Below, piece after piece: positions 1 to 8,763 of a DNA stretch of 25,272 bases. The stretch is from an uncultured Candidatus Rokubacteria bacterium (GTDB lineage Bacteria > Methylomirabilota > Methylomirabilia > Rokubacteriales > CSP1-6). Location of the stretch: the NCBI GenBank assembly GCA_963747235.1, contig CAVVEU010000022.1, positions 1 to 25,272 of the forward strand. The letters are read 5' to 3'. Below the pieces are notes generated by a model. It was not told the DNA's origin. It made no database searches and saw only the letters and a program-made list of their open reading frames with translations. The position numbers and the translations under genes are program-made. Within the stretch, counting starts at the first letter, position 1. Every line of letters starts with the position of its first letter.

Positions 1-855
1 AGGAAGGCTCGGAGGGCGTTCTTCACCTTCGGGTGCTGGCCGAGCAGCACGGTGTAGTGGTTGGTGCCGGGCACCACCACCAGCTTGGCGCGCGGGATCG
101 CGTGGGCCATCGCCTCCGCCTCGTCCTGCGTCATCAAGCAGTCGGTGGGAGTGAGCAGCCCGTCGGGCGCGCGGAAGATCAGAGTGGGCGCCTTGATCCT
201 GTGGTGATGGACCCAGAGCCGCTCTCGCTCGAGATTGCTGATCTCCTCCTCGATGGCGTGGCGCGCGGCCTTCGAGCGGACGGTGCCCGCGGGCAATTCC
301 TCGACGTCGTAGCGGAAGTAGCGCTCGAGGTAGTCGTTCCAGCGCCCCTCGAACATCGGCAGCATGCGCACGAAGCCCAGGAACATGTCGAGCGACGGGA
401 ACTCGACCCCGAGCCGGTTGATGGCCGGGCGGAGCGATTCGAGGATCTCGTACCGCACGTCGATCCCGCCGTCCACCAGCACGAGCTTCGCCACCCGCTC
501 CGGATGCGTGGCCGCGAAGCGAACCGCGATATGGGCGCCCAGAGAATGCCCGACCAGCACCGGCTCGCTTGAGACCGAAGTGATCGAGGAGTCCCAGCAG
601 GTCCTCGTTGTGGTGCATGAGGCTGTAGCCGTGCTCGGGCTTGCCGCTCTCGCCCCGTCCCCGAAGGTCGTACGCGATCAGCCGGTGGGTGGGCGAGAGC
701 ACGTCGGCCACGCTCGCCCAGCACGTGTGGTTCGCGGTCAGCCCGTGGACGCAGACGATGGCCGGGCCCTTCCCGGGCCCGGGCCACTCGGCGACCGCGA
801 GCGAGACGTCTTTGAGCGCGATGTGAGTGACGGCCGTCGTCGGTTTGTTCGTCAT
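1..855 (-). pseudogene. Alpha/beta fold hydrolase, interrupted by a +1 frameshift near 564-567; runs off the window at the C-terminus
   Basis: Manual translation from ATG 855 gives MTNKPTTAVTHIALKDVSLAVAEWPGPGKGPAIVCVHGLTANHTCW...LIAYDLRGRGES...LLDHFGLKR. One base later it continues PVLVGHSLGAHIAVRFAATHPERVAKLVLVDGG...VVPGTNHYTVLL, with the GxSxG nucleophile elbow and catalytic His. The extra base could be a sequencing error rather than a true pseudogene. Confidence 0.85.
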
Positions 856-905
856 CGGGGGGTTACGCTAGCAAGGGGCAGGCCATGAGGGTCAAGCATC
901 CGGAC

Positions 906-1691
906 CTACTCTCCGAGGTACCAGCGCCGGCGCGCCTGGGGTCCGTAGCCGAGGCCGAAGCGCCGCATCGCCACGCCCGCCACCAGGTCCACCGCTTCCT
1001 CCGGAGAATCCGTCACCTGCAGCCGCTGCTCGTCGCCCGGATCGATGGTGCCCTCCACCAGCAGCCGGTTGCGCACGAAGTCGGTGAGCGGACGCCAGTA
1101 CTCGCGCCCCATCAGCACGATGGGGAACTCGCGGACCTTGCCGGTCTGCACGAGCGTGGCGATCTCGAACATCTCGTCGAGCGTCCCGAAGCCGCCGGGC
1201 AGCGCGATGAACGCGTAGGAGTACTTCACGAGCATGACCTTGCGGACGTAGAAGTGACGGAAGGTGACGAAGCGGTCCACGTAGGGATTGGCGTGCTGCT
1301 CGTGCGGCAGCTCGATGTTGCAGCCGATCGAGCGCCCGCCCACCTCCTTGGCCCCGCGATTGGCCGCCTCCATGATGCCGGGCCCGCCGCCGGTCATGAC
1401 CGCGAAGCCGCGGCGCGCGAGCCGGGCCCCCACCTCGCGTCCCAGCTCGTAGTAGGGATGGTCGGCCTTGAAGCGGGCGGAGCCGAACACGGTGACGCAC
1501 GGCCCGACGAAGTGCAGCGCGCGGAAGCCCCGCAGGAACTCGAAGAAGATGCGGACGGCGCGCGCCAGCTCGAAGGTGCGGGTCTGGGGGCCCTGCAGGA
1601 AGCGGATCTCTTCGGGGGCCGCGGCCCCCTTGCCCCACCGGGATCGGTCCGAGGCCGGCGGGGCCCCCGAGACCGGCTGCTCCGCGCTCAG
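906..1691 (-). CDS. LOG family (TIGR00730-type Rossmann fold) nucleotide phosphoribohydrolase
   Basis: Motifs VTVFGSAR, TGGGPGIMEAANRGA, RKVMLVKYS and PGGFGTLDE. The start is uncertain: CTG 1691 lies just after the upstream stop, whereas the ORF-track GTG 1778 overlaps the upstream gene. Confidence 0.9.
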   Translation of the reverse strand: MSAEQPVSGAPPASDRSRWGKGAAAPEEIRFLQGPQTRTFELARAVRIFFEFLRGFRALHFVGPCVTVFGSARFKADHPYYELGREVGARLARRGFAVMTGGGPGIMEAANRGAKEVGGRSIGCNIELPHEQHANPYVDRFVTFRHFYVRKVMLVKYSYAFIALPGGFGTLDEMFEIATLVQTGKVREFPIVLMGREYWRPLTDFVRNRLLVEGTIDPGDEQRLQVTDSPEEAVDLVAGVAMRRFGLGYGPQARRRWYLGE

Positions 1692-1696
1692 GCGCG

Positions 1697-2077
1697 CTAC
1701 TCGGGGCCGTGGGCCGACTGCACGGCGACGACGGACACGCTCTCGGGCGCCGCGTCGTCCCGCGGCCGATGGCTGCACGTGTAGCCGAGCGTCAACGAGA
1801 ACTGTCCGGCGCGCGACTCGTCGGCCCCGTGGGCTCCGGACGCGCGGGCCGAGGCTTCGGACTCGGCGAGGGCGTTGAGCTGGGCCAGGAGCGGGGCGGG
1901 ATCCATGCCGTTCTGGCGCGCGAAGTCCCCGACGCTCAGGCCGGGGAAGCGCGCGTAGAGGTCGTTCCGCTGATCCACGTAGAGGCGCCGACCTTGCGTG
2001 AACACCGGCGCGGTGCCGGGATGCTTCGCCAGCACGTCGTTGATCTTCGAATCGGCGGTGATGCCCACCGCGGTCAC
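1697..2077 (-). CDS. Small protein with a DUF1858-like N-terminal domain
   Basis: ITADSKINDVLAKHPGTAPVF...SVGDFARQNGMDPAPLLAQLN resembles DUF1858/ScdA_N-like domains. GTG 2077 overlaps the USP stop codon (GTGA coupling). Confidence 0.65.
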   Translation of the reverse strand: MTAVGITADSKINDVLAKHPGTAPVFTQGRRLYVDQRNDLYARFPGLSVGDFARQNGMDPAPLLAQLNALAESEASARASGAHGADESRAGQFSLTLGYTCSHRPRDDAAPESVSVVAVQSAHGPE

Positions 2078-2523
2078 CGGCCCCGCACGGTCAGCACCGG
2101 GCACGACACGCTGGCGACGAGCCGCGTCGCCACGCTGCCCAGGAAGAACTTGGCGAGCCCGGTGCGCCCATGCGTGCCGATCACGAGCAGGTCGGCCTTC
2201 TTGGCCCGCGCCGCCCGCGCGACGCGCTCGTGCGGCACGCCCTCGAGCAGGAGCCCGGTGGCGCGCGCGCCCGCCTTCTTCGCCCCCGCCACGATCGCGT
2301 TGAGGCGCTTCTGCGCCTGGGCGCGCGCCGAGGCCTCGAGGTCCTCGTAGAGGCTGGGCGAGATGTATCCCTCGCCCGGCAGCACCAGCGAGGGCGGCGT
2401 CATGACGTGCGCGACGATGAGCTGAGCGCGATCGGCCTTGGCCATCGCGACCGCGCGCTTGAGCGCGGCCGTCGAAGCGCGCGAGAAATCCGTGGCGTGC
2501 ATGATCCGTCGTAGGCGTGGCAT
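2074..2523 (-). CDS. Universal stress protein (UspA family)
   Basis: RIMHATDFSRAS at the N-terminus and DLLVIGTHGRTGLAKFFLGSVATRLVASVSCPVLTV at the C-terminus are classic USP motifs. Confidence 0.95.
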   Translation of the reverse strand: MPRLRRIMHATDFSRASTAALKRAVAMAKADRAQLIVAHVMTPPSLVLPGEGYISPSLYEDLEASARAQAQKRLNAIVAGAKKAGARATGLLLEGVPHERVARAARAKKADLLVIGTHGRTGLAKFFLGSVATRLVASVSCPVLTVRGR

Positions 2524-2544
2524 GCCGGTATCTTACAATGCGCC
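2524..2544. promoter_or_regulatory. Putative bidirectional promoter with overlapping -10 elements, giving leaderless starts for both genes
   Basis: The 21-bp spacer holds TACAAT (+, 2534-2539) 5 nt before ATG 2545 and TAAGAT (-, 2535-2530) 6 nt before ATG 2523. There is no room for Shine-Dalgarno sequences. Confidence 0.6.
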
Positions 2545-2928
2545 ATGCTCAGCGTCGAGGCATTGCGCCGAATCCTCGGCCTGGTCCCGCACCCCGTCGA
2601 GGGCGGCTACTTCACCGAGACCTACCGGAGCGCCGACCCCATCTCCGCGAGCGGCTTGCCGTCCCGCTACCGCGCCACCCGCGCCGCCAGCACCTTCTCG
2701 GCCATGCACCGCCTGGCCATCATCGTGCTCGGCCCCGACCTCGAAGCCGGCCAAAGACCCCACGTCGTCGTCCCCCGCGACACCTGGCAAGGCGCCCGCC
2801 TCATCCCCGGCGGCCAATACGCCCTGGTGGGCACCACCGTCGCCCCCGGCTTCGACTACACCGACTACGAAACCGCCCCCGCGCCCCCCCCTTGCTACCC
2901 ACCCCACCGCAAGGACCTCACTCGCTGA
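2545..2928 (+). pseudogene. Cupin_5 (DUF985/YML079w-like) protein with apparent internal in-frame deletions and a degenerate C-terminus
   Basis: LGLVPHPVEGGYFTETYRS, FSAMHRL, VLGPDLEAGQRPHVVVP..WQGARL and ALVGTTVAPGFDY are recognisable. The usual 'AIYYLL' and 'SDEIxHFYxGDP' segments are missing. Confidence 0.7.
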
Positions 2929-3063
2929 CCAGATAGCGAAGCCGACAGGAGATCCCGAAGCAAGGAACTCAAACAGACAGCGCAATTAACTGGAAGCCAG
3001 AAAGAAGAAGGAGACTCTACCCGGGCGCGGACCGCACCCCCGCGTTACCGCCGAGCGATCCCG

Positions 3064-3231
3064 CGGGGCGGGCGGGGGGCGGGGGCGGGGGTGGTCGGGT
3101 GCCCCGTTCCCCACCAAGGGAAAGCCCGGAGGCTCCCCCTCCCGGATTGGGAACTCCTCAAGCAGGAAACGAAACAGCCGGTCGTGGGCAGAGACCCACC
3201 CCCGCCCCGCGCGCCCGGCCCCCGCCCGCCC
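3064..3231. repeat. Imperfect long inverted repeat with G-run/C-run arms; the left arm is a canonical G-quadruplex motif
   Basis: 3066-3078 is the exact reverse complement of 3219-3231, and 3082-3094 of 3196-3208 (two 13-bp perfect segments). The left arm reads GGGG-C-GGG-C-GGGGGG-C-GGGGG-C-GGGGG. Confidence 0.7.
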
Positions 3232-3251
3232 GGCGCCGCCCGCGCGAACGG

Positions 3252-4364
3252 CTAGAAGTGGAAGTGGGCGCCGAGCCCGAGGTAGTCAACGCGCCGCTTG
3301 TAGAACTGCCCATCGGGCGAGTTCCCATGGAAGTACTCGACGAGGAGCTGGAGATTCCGCTCCAGCACGCGCACGTTCTCGAGCTGGATGCCCCCGCGCA
3401 CCGACACGTCGAGGTTCCACTTGTTCTCCTCGCGCGTTTGCAGATCCACCGCCGCCACCGGCCGCACCCGGCCGGAGGCGACCGTCCATGGGCTGCGGAA
3501 CTCCACGCCGCCCTGCGCGGACCACGGCTTGAGGCTCTCGGGCTCCTGGTCGAACAGGTACCCGCCTCCGCCGTAGACCCGGAAGCCCCACGGCAGATCG
3601 TAGGAGAGCTTCAGATCCACGCTCTCGTAGGTGAGGTTGATGCGCTCGAGGCGCGTGCGGAGCAGCAGCTCGTCGCCCAGGTGCGAGCTCTGGTGGAAGA
3701 TCCGTCCGAGCGCGGAGAACGCGCCGCGGCGCCAGGTGCCGAACAGCGAGGCGAAGTAGTCGGCGTTGAGCAGGTCCTTCGACGGCGCGTCCATCTGGAA
3801 GAGCGCGAACACCCCGGCCTGGATGCCCGCCTCCCACTGGCTGTCCGCGAAGGCATTGCCCCGGATGAGCGGGATCGTCTCGCCGAAGCTCACCGCGCCC
3901 ACGTGCTCCAGGTCCCGGTTGTTCAGGTAGTACCGGTACGAGGCCGCGAAGTGCGGCCAGCGCGGATCCGCCAGCAGCGGCTGGAAGAGGTGCCCGGACG
4001 GCAGGAACCCGGTGGGCAGGGCCGAGACCGCGGCCGGCGCCACGTCGGGCACGACCGCGGGGGCGCGGACGGCGGCCTCCCGCACCTCGACGCGGACCAC
4101 GCCGGGCAGGTTCGAGAGCGTCTTCACGACCGCGACGCGATCGGTGCCCGCGAGCTGCGCCCCGTCGAGCGTGAGGACGCCGTTGTCCACCGTCACCGCG
4201 CGACGGGGCACCTTGAACTCGCGCTCGAGCACCGCGCCCGCGTAGCCCGCCAGGTACGGGTCCTCCGACGCGGGCGCCGCGTCGACGGCCGACGGCGCGC
4301 CCCACAGCATGAACCACACGGCCAGTGGGAACAGCCCCGGCGGGCGCATACGAGGTCCCGTCAT
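3252..4364 (-). CDS. DUF1207-like exported protein, probable outer-membrane beta-barrel
   Basis: Signal peptide (...PSAVDA), LFQPLLADPRWPHF, DLLNADY, RIFHQSSHLGDE, alternating beta-strand patterns and a C-terminal aromatic YLGLGAHFHF. GGAGG lies upstream of ATG 4364. Confidence 0.75.
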   Translation of the reverse strand: MTGPRMRPPGLFPLAVWFMLWGAPSAVDAAPASEDPYLAGYAGAVLEREFKVPRRAVTVDNGVLTLDGAQLAGTDRVAVVKTLSNLPGVVRVEVREAAVRAPAVVPDVAPAAVSALPTGFLPSGHLFQPLLADPRWPHFAASYRYYLNNRDLEHVGAVSFGETIPLIRGNAFADSQWEAGIQAGVFALFQMDAPSKDLLNADYFASLFGTWRRGAFSALGRIFHQSSHLGDELLLRTRLERINLTYESVDLKLSYDLPWGFRVYGGGGYLFDQEPESLKPWSAQGGVEFRSPWTVASGRVRPVAAVDLQTREENKWNLDVSVRGGIQLENVRVLERNLQLLVEYFHGNSPDGQFYKRRVDYLGLGAHFHF

Positions 4365-4371
4365 GATTTCT

Positions 4372-4761
4372 CTACCCTCCCCCGGCACCGTAGGACCGCC
4401 AGGCAAATGACGCGATCGTGACCCGATAGCTCGCCGCCTTCGCGGGAGCCATGATCTCGAAATAGGACCGGTTGGACGGAGGCACGTCGCCGAGGACGTA
4501 GCCGGTCGTCGAGCCCACCACCTGGCCCGAGCCGTCGAGCGCTTCCACGAGGAGCCGCACGCTCACCGCGTAGCTGCCCGCCCGCTGGTTGTAGACGTAG
4601 CCGCTCATCACCGGACGGCCGCGACGATCCTCCGAGTCGGTTCCCTCGACGCGCAGGTCGCTGTCGACCGAGCGCGTCTGCACCTGCGCGATCGCCGCGC
4701 CCGCGTAGATCAGTAGCGCCGCCAGGACCGCCGTGCTCGTGCCTCGCGCGAGTGTTCGCAT
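4372..4761 (-). CDS. Secreted Ig-like protein, FxLYD-domain-like
   Basis: Signal peptide ending AAIA, then SGYVYN...VRLLVEALDGSGQVVG...GDVPP..RSYFEI. AGGA precedes ATG 4761. Paralogous to 14107-14556. Confidence 0.7.
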   Translation of the reverse strand: MRTLARGTSTAVLAALLIYAGAAIAQVQTRSVDSDLRVEGTDSEDRRGRPVMSGYVYNQRAGSYAVSVRLLVEALDGSGQVVGSTTGYVLGDVPPSNRSYFEIMAPAKAASYRVTIASFAWRSYGAGGG

Positions 4762-4840
4762 GGTCCTGCCATTGTCCCCCCGGGCGCAAGCGCGCCACGC
4801 GCGAATTCGCGGCCGCGAGGCATTTGCTATCATGCGGACC

Positions 4841-5059
4841 ATGACGCGCGAGTCCGCCCGCGCCCGCCGGGTCTTCCAGGCGCTGATCCTCGTCGTGGCG
4901 ATGGCGGTGGCGTTCCTGGGCGGGATGCTGGTGGAGCGGCTACAGTTCCACGCCGAACGGGATGCAATGCTGCGACGGTACGATCAGGCGCTCCGCGAGC
5001 ACCGCGCCCGCGTGATGGAGGCGGAGAAGCGGGGGGAAGAAATTACCCGGAAGCCCTAG
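4841..5059 (+). CDS. Small single-pass membrane protein with a coiled-coil-like C-terminus (hypothetical)
   Basis: Hydrophobic VFQALILVVAMAVAFLGGMLV followed by a charged helix. An extended -10 (TGcTATCAT, 4825-4833) ends 7 nt before ATG 4841. The gene fills the gap between flanking genes. Confidence 0.65.
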   Translation: MTRESARARRVFQALILVVAMAVAFLGGMLVERLQFHAERDAMLRRYDQALREHRARVMEAEKRGEEITRKP

Positions 5060-5433
5060 CCGGCCACCAGCCGGGCGGCCCCGATACCCAGCAGGCAGGC
5101 CGCGAAGCACAGCGCGGTGGTGAGCCCGACGTAGAGCACCGCCGGACCCCACGAGCCCGCGGCGGCCAGCCGCAGCGACTCGTAGGCGAACGCCGAGTAG
5201 GTGGTGAAGCCGCCCAGGACTCCGACCGCCAGCACCACCCGGACGTTCTCCGGCACGATCCCCGCGCCGAAGGCCAGCTCCTGGACCAGGCCGATCAAGA
5301 ACGACCCGATCACGTTGACGAGCAGGGTGCCGTGGGGAAACTCGCCGCCGAGCCAGCGGATCGCGAGGCCGCCCAGGAAATAGCGGGCCCCGGTTCCCAC
5401 CGCGCCGCCCAGGCAGACGAGGGCGAAGTGCAC
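5056..5433 (-). CDS. crcB: Fluoride efflux channel CrcB/Fluc
   Basis: GGAVGTGARY, FPHGTLLVNVIGSFLIG and GVLGGFTTYSAF motifs; four hydrophobic helices; 125 aa. Confidence 0.95.
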   Translation of the reverse strand: MHFALVCLGGAVGTGARYFLGGLAIRWLGGEFPHGTLLVNVIGSFLIGLVQELAFGAGIVPENVRVVLAVGVLGGFTTYSAFAYESLRLAAAGSWGPAVLYVGLTTALCFAACLLGIGAARLVAG

Positions 5434-5440
5434 GGCGGGA

Positions 5441-6853
5441 TCAGTCGACGGGGGGCCGGCGGTCCGCCCAGGGCTCCGCGGCCTCGAAGGCGGCGGACGC
5501 GGCCAGGACGGTGTGATCGGCGTGACGGCGCCCGACGATCTGCAGCCCCACCGGCAGCCCCGCGCTCGTGAAGCCCACCGGGACGGTGGCCGCGGGCTGG
5601 CCGGTCAGGTTGAACGGGAAGCAGAACGGCGTCCAGCCCAGCGGCGAGGACGGCTGGCCGTTGACCTCGTTGAGCCCGGGCTTGCCGACCTCGAAGGCGG
5701 GCACCGCGACCGTGGGCGTGATCAAGAGATCGAAGCGCGCCAGGAATCGCTGCACGTCCGTCCAGAGCTCCCCGCGGCGTCGCATCGCGCGGAGATACTG
5801 CGCGGCGGTGACCTCGGAGCCGAAGCGCATCAAGGCCCGGAGCGAGCGGTCCATCTGCTCGCCGTCGGCCTCGAGCCGGTCGCCCCACGCGCTCCACGTC
5901 TCGGCGGCGACGGTGATGCGGAAGGTCTCCTCCGGATCCTCCCAGGAGGGCGACACCACTTCCACGTGCCCACCGAAGCTCTCGAAGCGCTCGGCCGCCG
6001 CCGCGCACAGGTCGGCCACCTCCGGGTCCACGCGCGCGTAGCCCAGATCGGGCGACCAGGCCACGCTGAGCCCCGCGATGCCGCCCTCGCACGCGGCCAG
6101 GAACGACTGCGCGAGCGCGGGCAGCGAATGACGATCGCGATCGTCGGGCCCCGCGATCGCGTCCAGCATGAGAGCCGCGTCGCGAACCGTCCGGGTCATC
6201 GGGCCGGTGTGCGAGAGCGTCTCCCAGCCCGGGAAGCCGGGATTCTGCGGCACGCGGCCGAAGGACGGCTTGAACCCGTAGATCCCGCAGAACGACGCGG
6301 GGATCCGGATGGAGCCGCCGCCGTCGGTGCCGACCGCGAGGGGCCCGAGCCCGGCGGCCACCGCCGCGCCCGCGCCGCCGCTCGAGCCGCCCGGCGTGAG
6401 CGCGGGGTTCCAGGGATTGCGCGTGATCCCGAAGAGCGGGCTCTCGGTCACCGCCTTGTGGCCGAACTCCGGCGTCGTGGTCTTGCCGATGATGATGGCG
6501 CCCACGCCCTTCAGGCGCTCCACGCTGACCGCGTCCTCCTCGGGCACGTGATCGGTGAAGAGCCGCGAGCCCCCGGTGGTGGGCACCCGCCGCGTGAAGA
6601 GCAGGTCCTTGATGGACACCGGCACGCCGTGCAACGGGCCGAGCTCCTCGCCGGTCATCACCGCGACCTCGGCGGACAACGCGGCGTCGCGCGCTTCCTC
6701 GGCGGTCACCGTGGCGAAGCAGTTGAGCGTCGGATTGAGGCGCTCGACCCGCGCCAGCACCGCGTCCACCACCTCGACGGGCGAGACCTTCTTGGACCGG
6801 ATGAGCGCGGCCAGCTCGGTGGCCGGGATCCAGACGAGGTCGGGCGTGGCCAT
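5441..6853 (-). CDS. Amidase signature family protein
   Basis: GPLHGVPVSIKDL (catalytic Lys), TPGGSSGGAGAAVA and GTDGGGSIRIPASFCG (Ser-cisSer). Confidence 0.95.
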   Translation of the reverse strand: MATPDLVWIPATELAALIRSKKVSPVEVVDAVLARVERLNPTLNCFATVTAEEARDAALSAEVAVMTGEELGPLHGVPVSIKDLLFTRRVPTTGGSRLFTDHVPEEDAVSVERLKGVGAIIIGKTTTPEFGHKAVTESPLFGITRNPWNPALTPGGSSGGAGAAVAAGLGPLAVGTDGGGSIRIPASFCGIYGFKPSFGRVPQNPGFPGWETLSHTGPMTRTVRDAALMLDAIAGPDDRDRHSLPALAQSFLAACEGGIAGLSVAWSPDLGYARVDPEVADLCAAAAERFESFGGHVEVVSPSWEDPEETFRITVAAETWSAWGDRLEADGEQMDRSLRALMRFGSEVTAAQYLRAMRRRGELWTDVQRFLARFDLLITPTVAVPAFEVGKPGLNEVNGQPSSPLGWTPFCFPFNLTGQPAATVPVGFTSAGLPVGLQIVGRRHADHTVLAASAAFEAAEPWADRRPPVD

Positions 6854-7257
6854 CAGGCGCCCGGGTTCACGCGAGCCAGGGTGTAGTCCACGTGGGTCGC
6901 GCCCGAGCCCTCGATGACGGTCAGCCGGCAGAGGTCGTCATCCTTGACGAACTCGGCCCAGATTCCGGGAAACTTCTCCGCGTTGACGAAGCGCTCGCTC
7001 CGGGTCTCCTGCCAGCCCGCGGTGGCCAGCAGGCGCCGCGCGTGGGCCAGCGTCGTCTCCACGTTGCTCGTCGTGAAGTAGATGAGGCGCGCCGCGGTGA
7101 CCTTCGGGGTGCGGATGATGACCCAGTCGTTGGAGTACGGCGTCCACTCGGCGGGCACCGGCACGTCCGGAAACGGCTGGAGCTGGATGGGCACCGCGAT
7201 CGGCGCGCACGCGCCGAGCGACAGCGCGATCCCCATCACGATCGGCCGGATGTTCAC
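6853..7257 (-). CDS. Hypothetical lipoprotein
   Basis: Lipobox LSLGAC after a hydrophobic stretch. The stop overlaps the amidase ATG. TACAAT (7270-7265) lies 7 nt before GTG 7257; the alternative start is ATG 7266. Confidence 0.75.
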   Translation of the reverse strand: MNIRPIVMGIALSLGACAPIAVPIQLQPFPDVPVPAEWTPYSNDWVIIRTPKVTAARLIYFTTSNVETTLAHARRLLATAGWQETRSERFVNAEKFPGIWAEFVKDDDLCRLTVIEGSGATHVDYTLARVNPGA

Positions 7258-7329
7258 GCGCCGCATTGTATCCGTCCGTCCGCGGTCCGGCAACCGCGGC
7301 GCGCGACGGTGATAGAGTATCGAGCCATA

Positions 7330-8674
7330 TTGGACCGCGCCGTGCTGCCCCGCCTGCGCACCTGGCTCGCGCGCCCCGACGTCCTCGCCCTCGACCCCGA
7401 AGGCGTGGCGCGGCTCGTGGCCGCGCTCGACGACGCGGACCCGCCGGTCGCCGCCGGGGCGCGCGGGCTCGCTGGTCGCCTACGCCCCGGGCCGCGCGCG
7501 GCGCCGGCTGCTCCAGTTCGATCGCCGCGGGCATCTCGTCGCCGCCTGCCGCTGGCGCGACGACGGCGGCCTCGCGTGGGCCAAGTGCCTGCTGGCCGAC
7601 GGCCGCTGGCTCGGCATCGAGCCGGGCGCGGACACGCACCCGGCGTGGGGCGGCTCGGATCGCGTCTGGCTGATGGAGCCCGACGCCCCGTGGGCCACGC
7701 GGGAAGCGCTGACCCACTTCCAGGCGCTCGACTACGCGCGCCCCGACTTCATCCCGCCGCTCTTCGAGCCGCGCCGGCTCCCGCCGGGCGGCGGCACCAC
7801 CCTGCTCAACCTGATCGCCGGGCTCATGAAGGACCACGGAGTCGCCACCGTGCGCTATCGCGGGCCCTACCCGACCGAGCAGCTCTTCACCGCCCTGCTC
7901 GAGTGCTTCCGCTACGCGGCGGGCGAGGGGCTGCCGCTCGAGCGCTTCCTCGCCGACGGGGCGCTCGACTGGCATCCCGCGCCCTTCGAGGCGCAGCACG
8001 TGCGGCCCGGCATCGTCGTGCAGCTCCGCCACGAGATCGAGAAGGTCACGCTCAACGGCGGAGCGTTCTACCGCAGAGACTGGCAGGACATCCGGCGGCG
8101 GGAGCCGCGCGTGGTCCGGAGCGACGGCGACCGCGTGATCTGCTCGCTCTGGGCCCTGGGCGGGCCGCTGGAGGACCGGCTGGTGCTGGATCGCGCCGGC
8201 GAGATCCTCGAATCGCCCGCCCCCGCGCCGGATACGACGGCGCCGGCGCCGCTGCCGCCGATCTGGCGCGGCGCGCTCGCCGAGCTGATCGCGCGTGAGA
8301 GCGCGCCCGCGCTGGCCCCCGCCATCGCCGCGGTGACGGACGATCTGGCGCTGGAGTGGGGCCCGGTGCCCGGCGATCTCCTCCACGTGCACGGCCAGCG
8401 CGTGCGCCTGAGCCGGCGGCTCCGCGAAGCGGGCGCGGCGGCGCGAGCGGGCGCCGCCTCCCCGCAGGAGCGCGCCGAGCAGGCGCTCCGCTTCGTGCTC
8501 GAGATCGCGCGCCTGCTCGCGCCCGAGGTGCGCCAGCGCGCCCAGGCCCGCCTGGAAGCGCTCAGCGAGGACGAGCAACGCCGCGTCCTCGAGGAGGCGC
8601 CCCACGAGCTACCGGAAGCACTCGGCGACGCCGTCGGCCGCCTGATCGCCCTCGTGATCCGAGGCGGTGGGTAG
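7330..8674 (+). pseudogene. Hypothetical protein (about 447 aa if repaired) with a +1 frameshift at about 7465-7467
   Basis: Frame 1 gives LDRAVLPRLRTWLARPDVLALDPEGVARLVAALDDADPPVAAGAR. After an extra G in CGCGGGCTCG, frame 2 continues SLVAYAPGRARRRLLQFDRRGHLVAACRW...WLMEPDAPW into ORF 7673-8674. The start is uncertain (7309, 7330 or 7342). Confidence 0.65.
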
Positions 8675-8763
8675 TGGGCGGACGACCGTCCGCTCGCACC
8701 GCGCGCGTGGGCTGATACGGGAACTTCTCTATCTAATGCGGGGGCCCAGAAATGGCCCCCGCA
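8674..8763. repeat. Tandem GC-rich hairpins between convergent genes (REP-like element or bidirectional terminator)
   Basis: Hairpin GGGCGGAC-gacc-GTCCGCTC (8676-8695) and a perfect 10-bp stem TGCGGGGGCC-cagaaat-GGCCCCCGCA (8737-8763). Confidence 0.6.

Noticed and set aside
5434-5440. Fluoride riboswitch upstream of crcB
   Set aside because: Only 7 nt separate the amidase stop from the crcB start, and no riboswitch-like motif was recognised.
5441-6853. gatA (Glu-tRNA amidotransferase subunit A)
   Set aside because: No gatB or gatC neighbours, and the sequence has generic amidase motifs (DGGGSIRIPA rather than DTGGSIRQPA).
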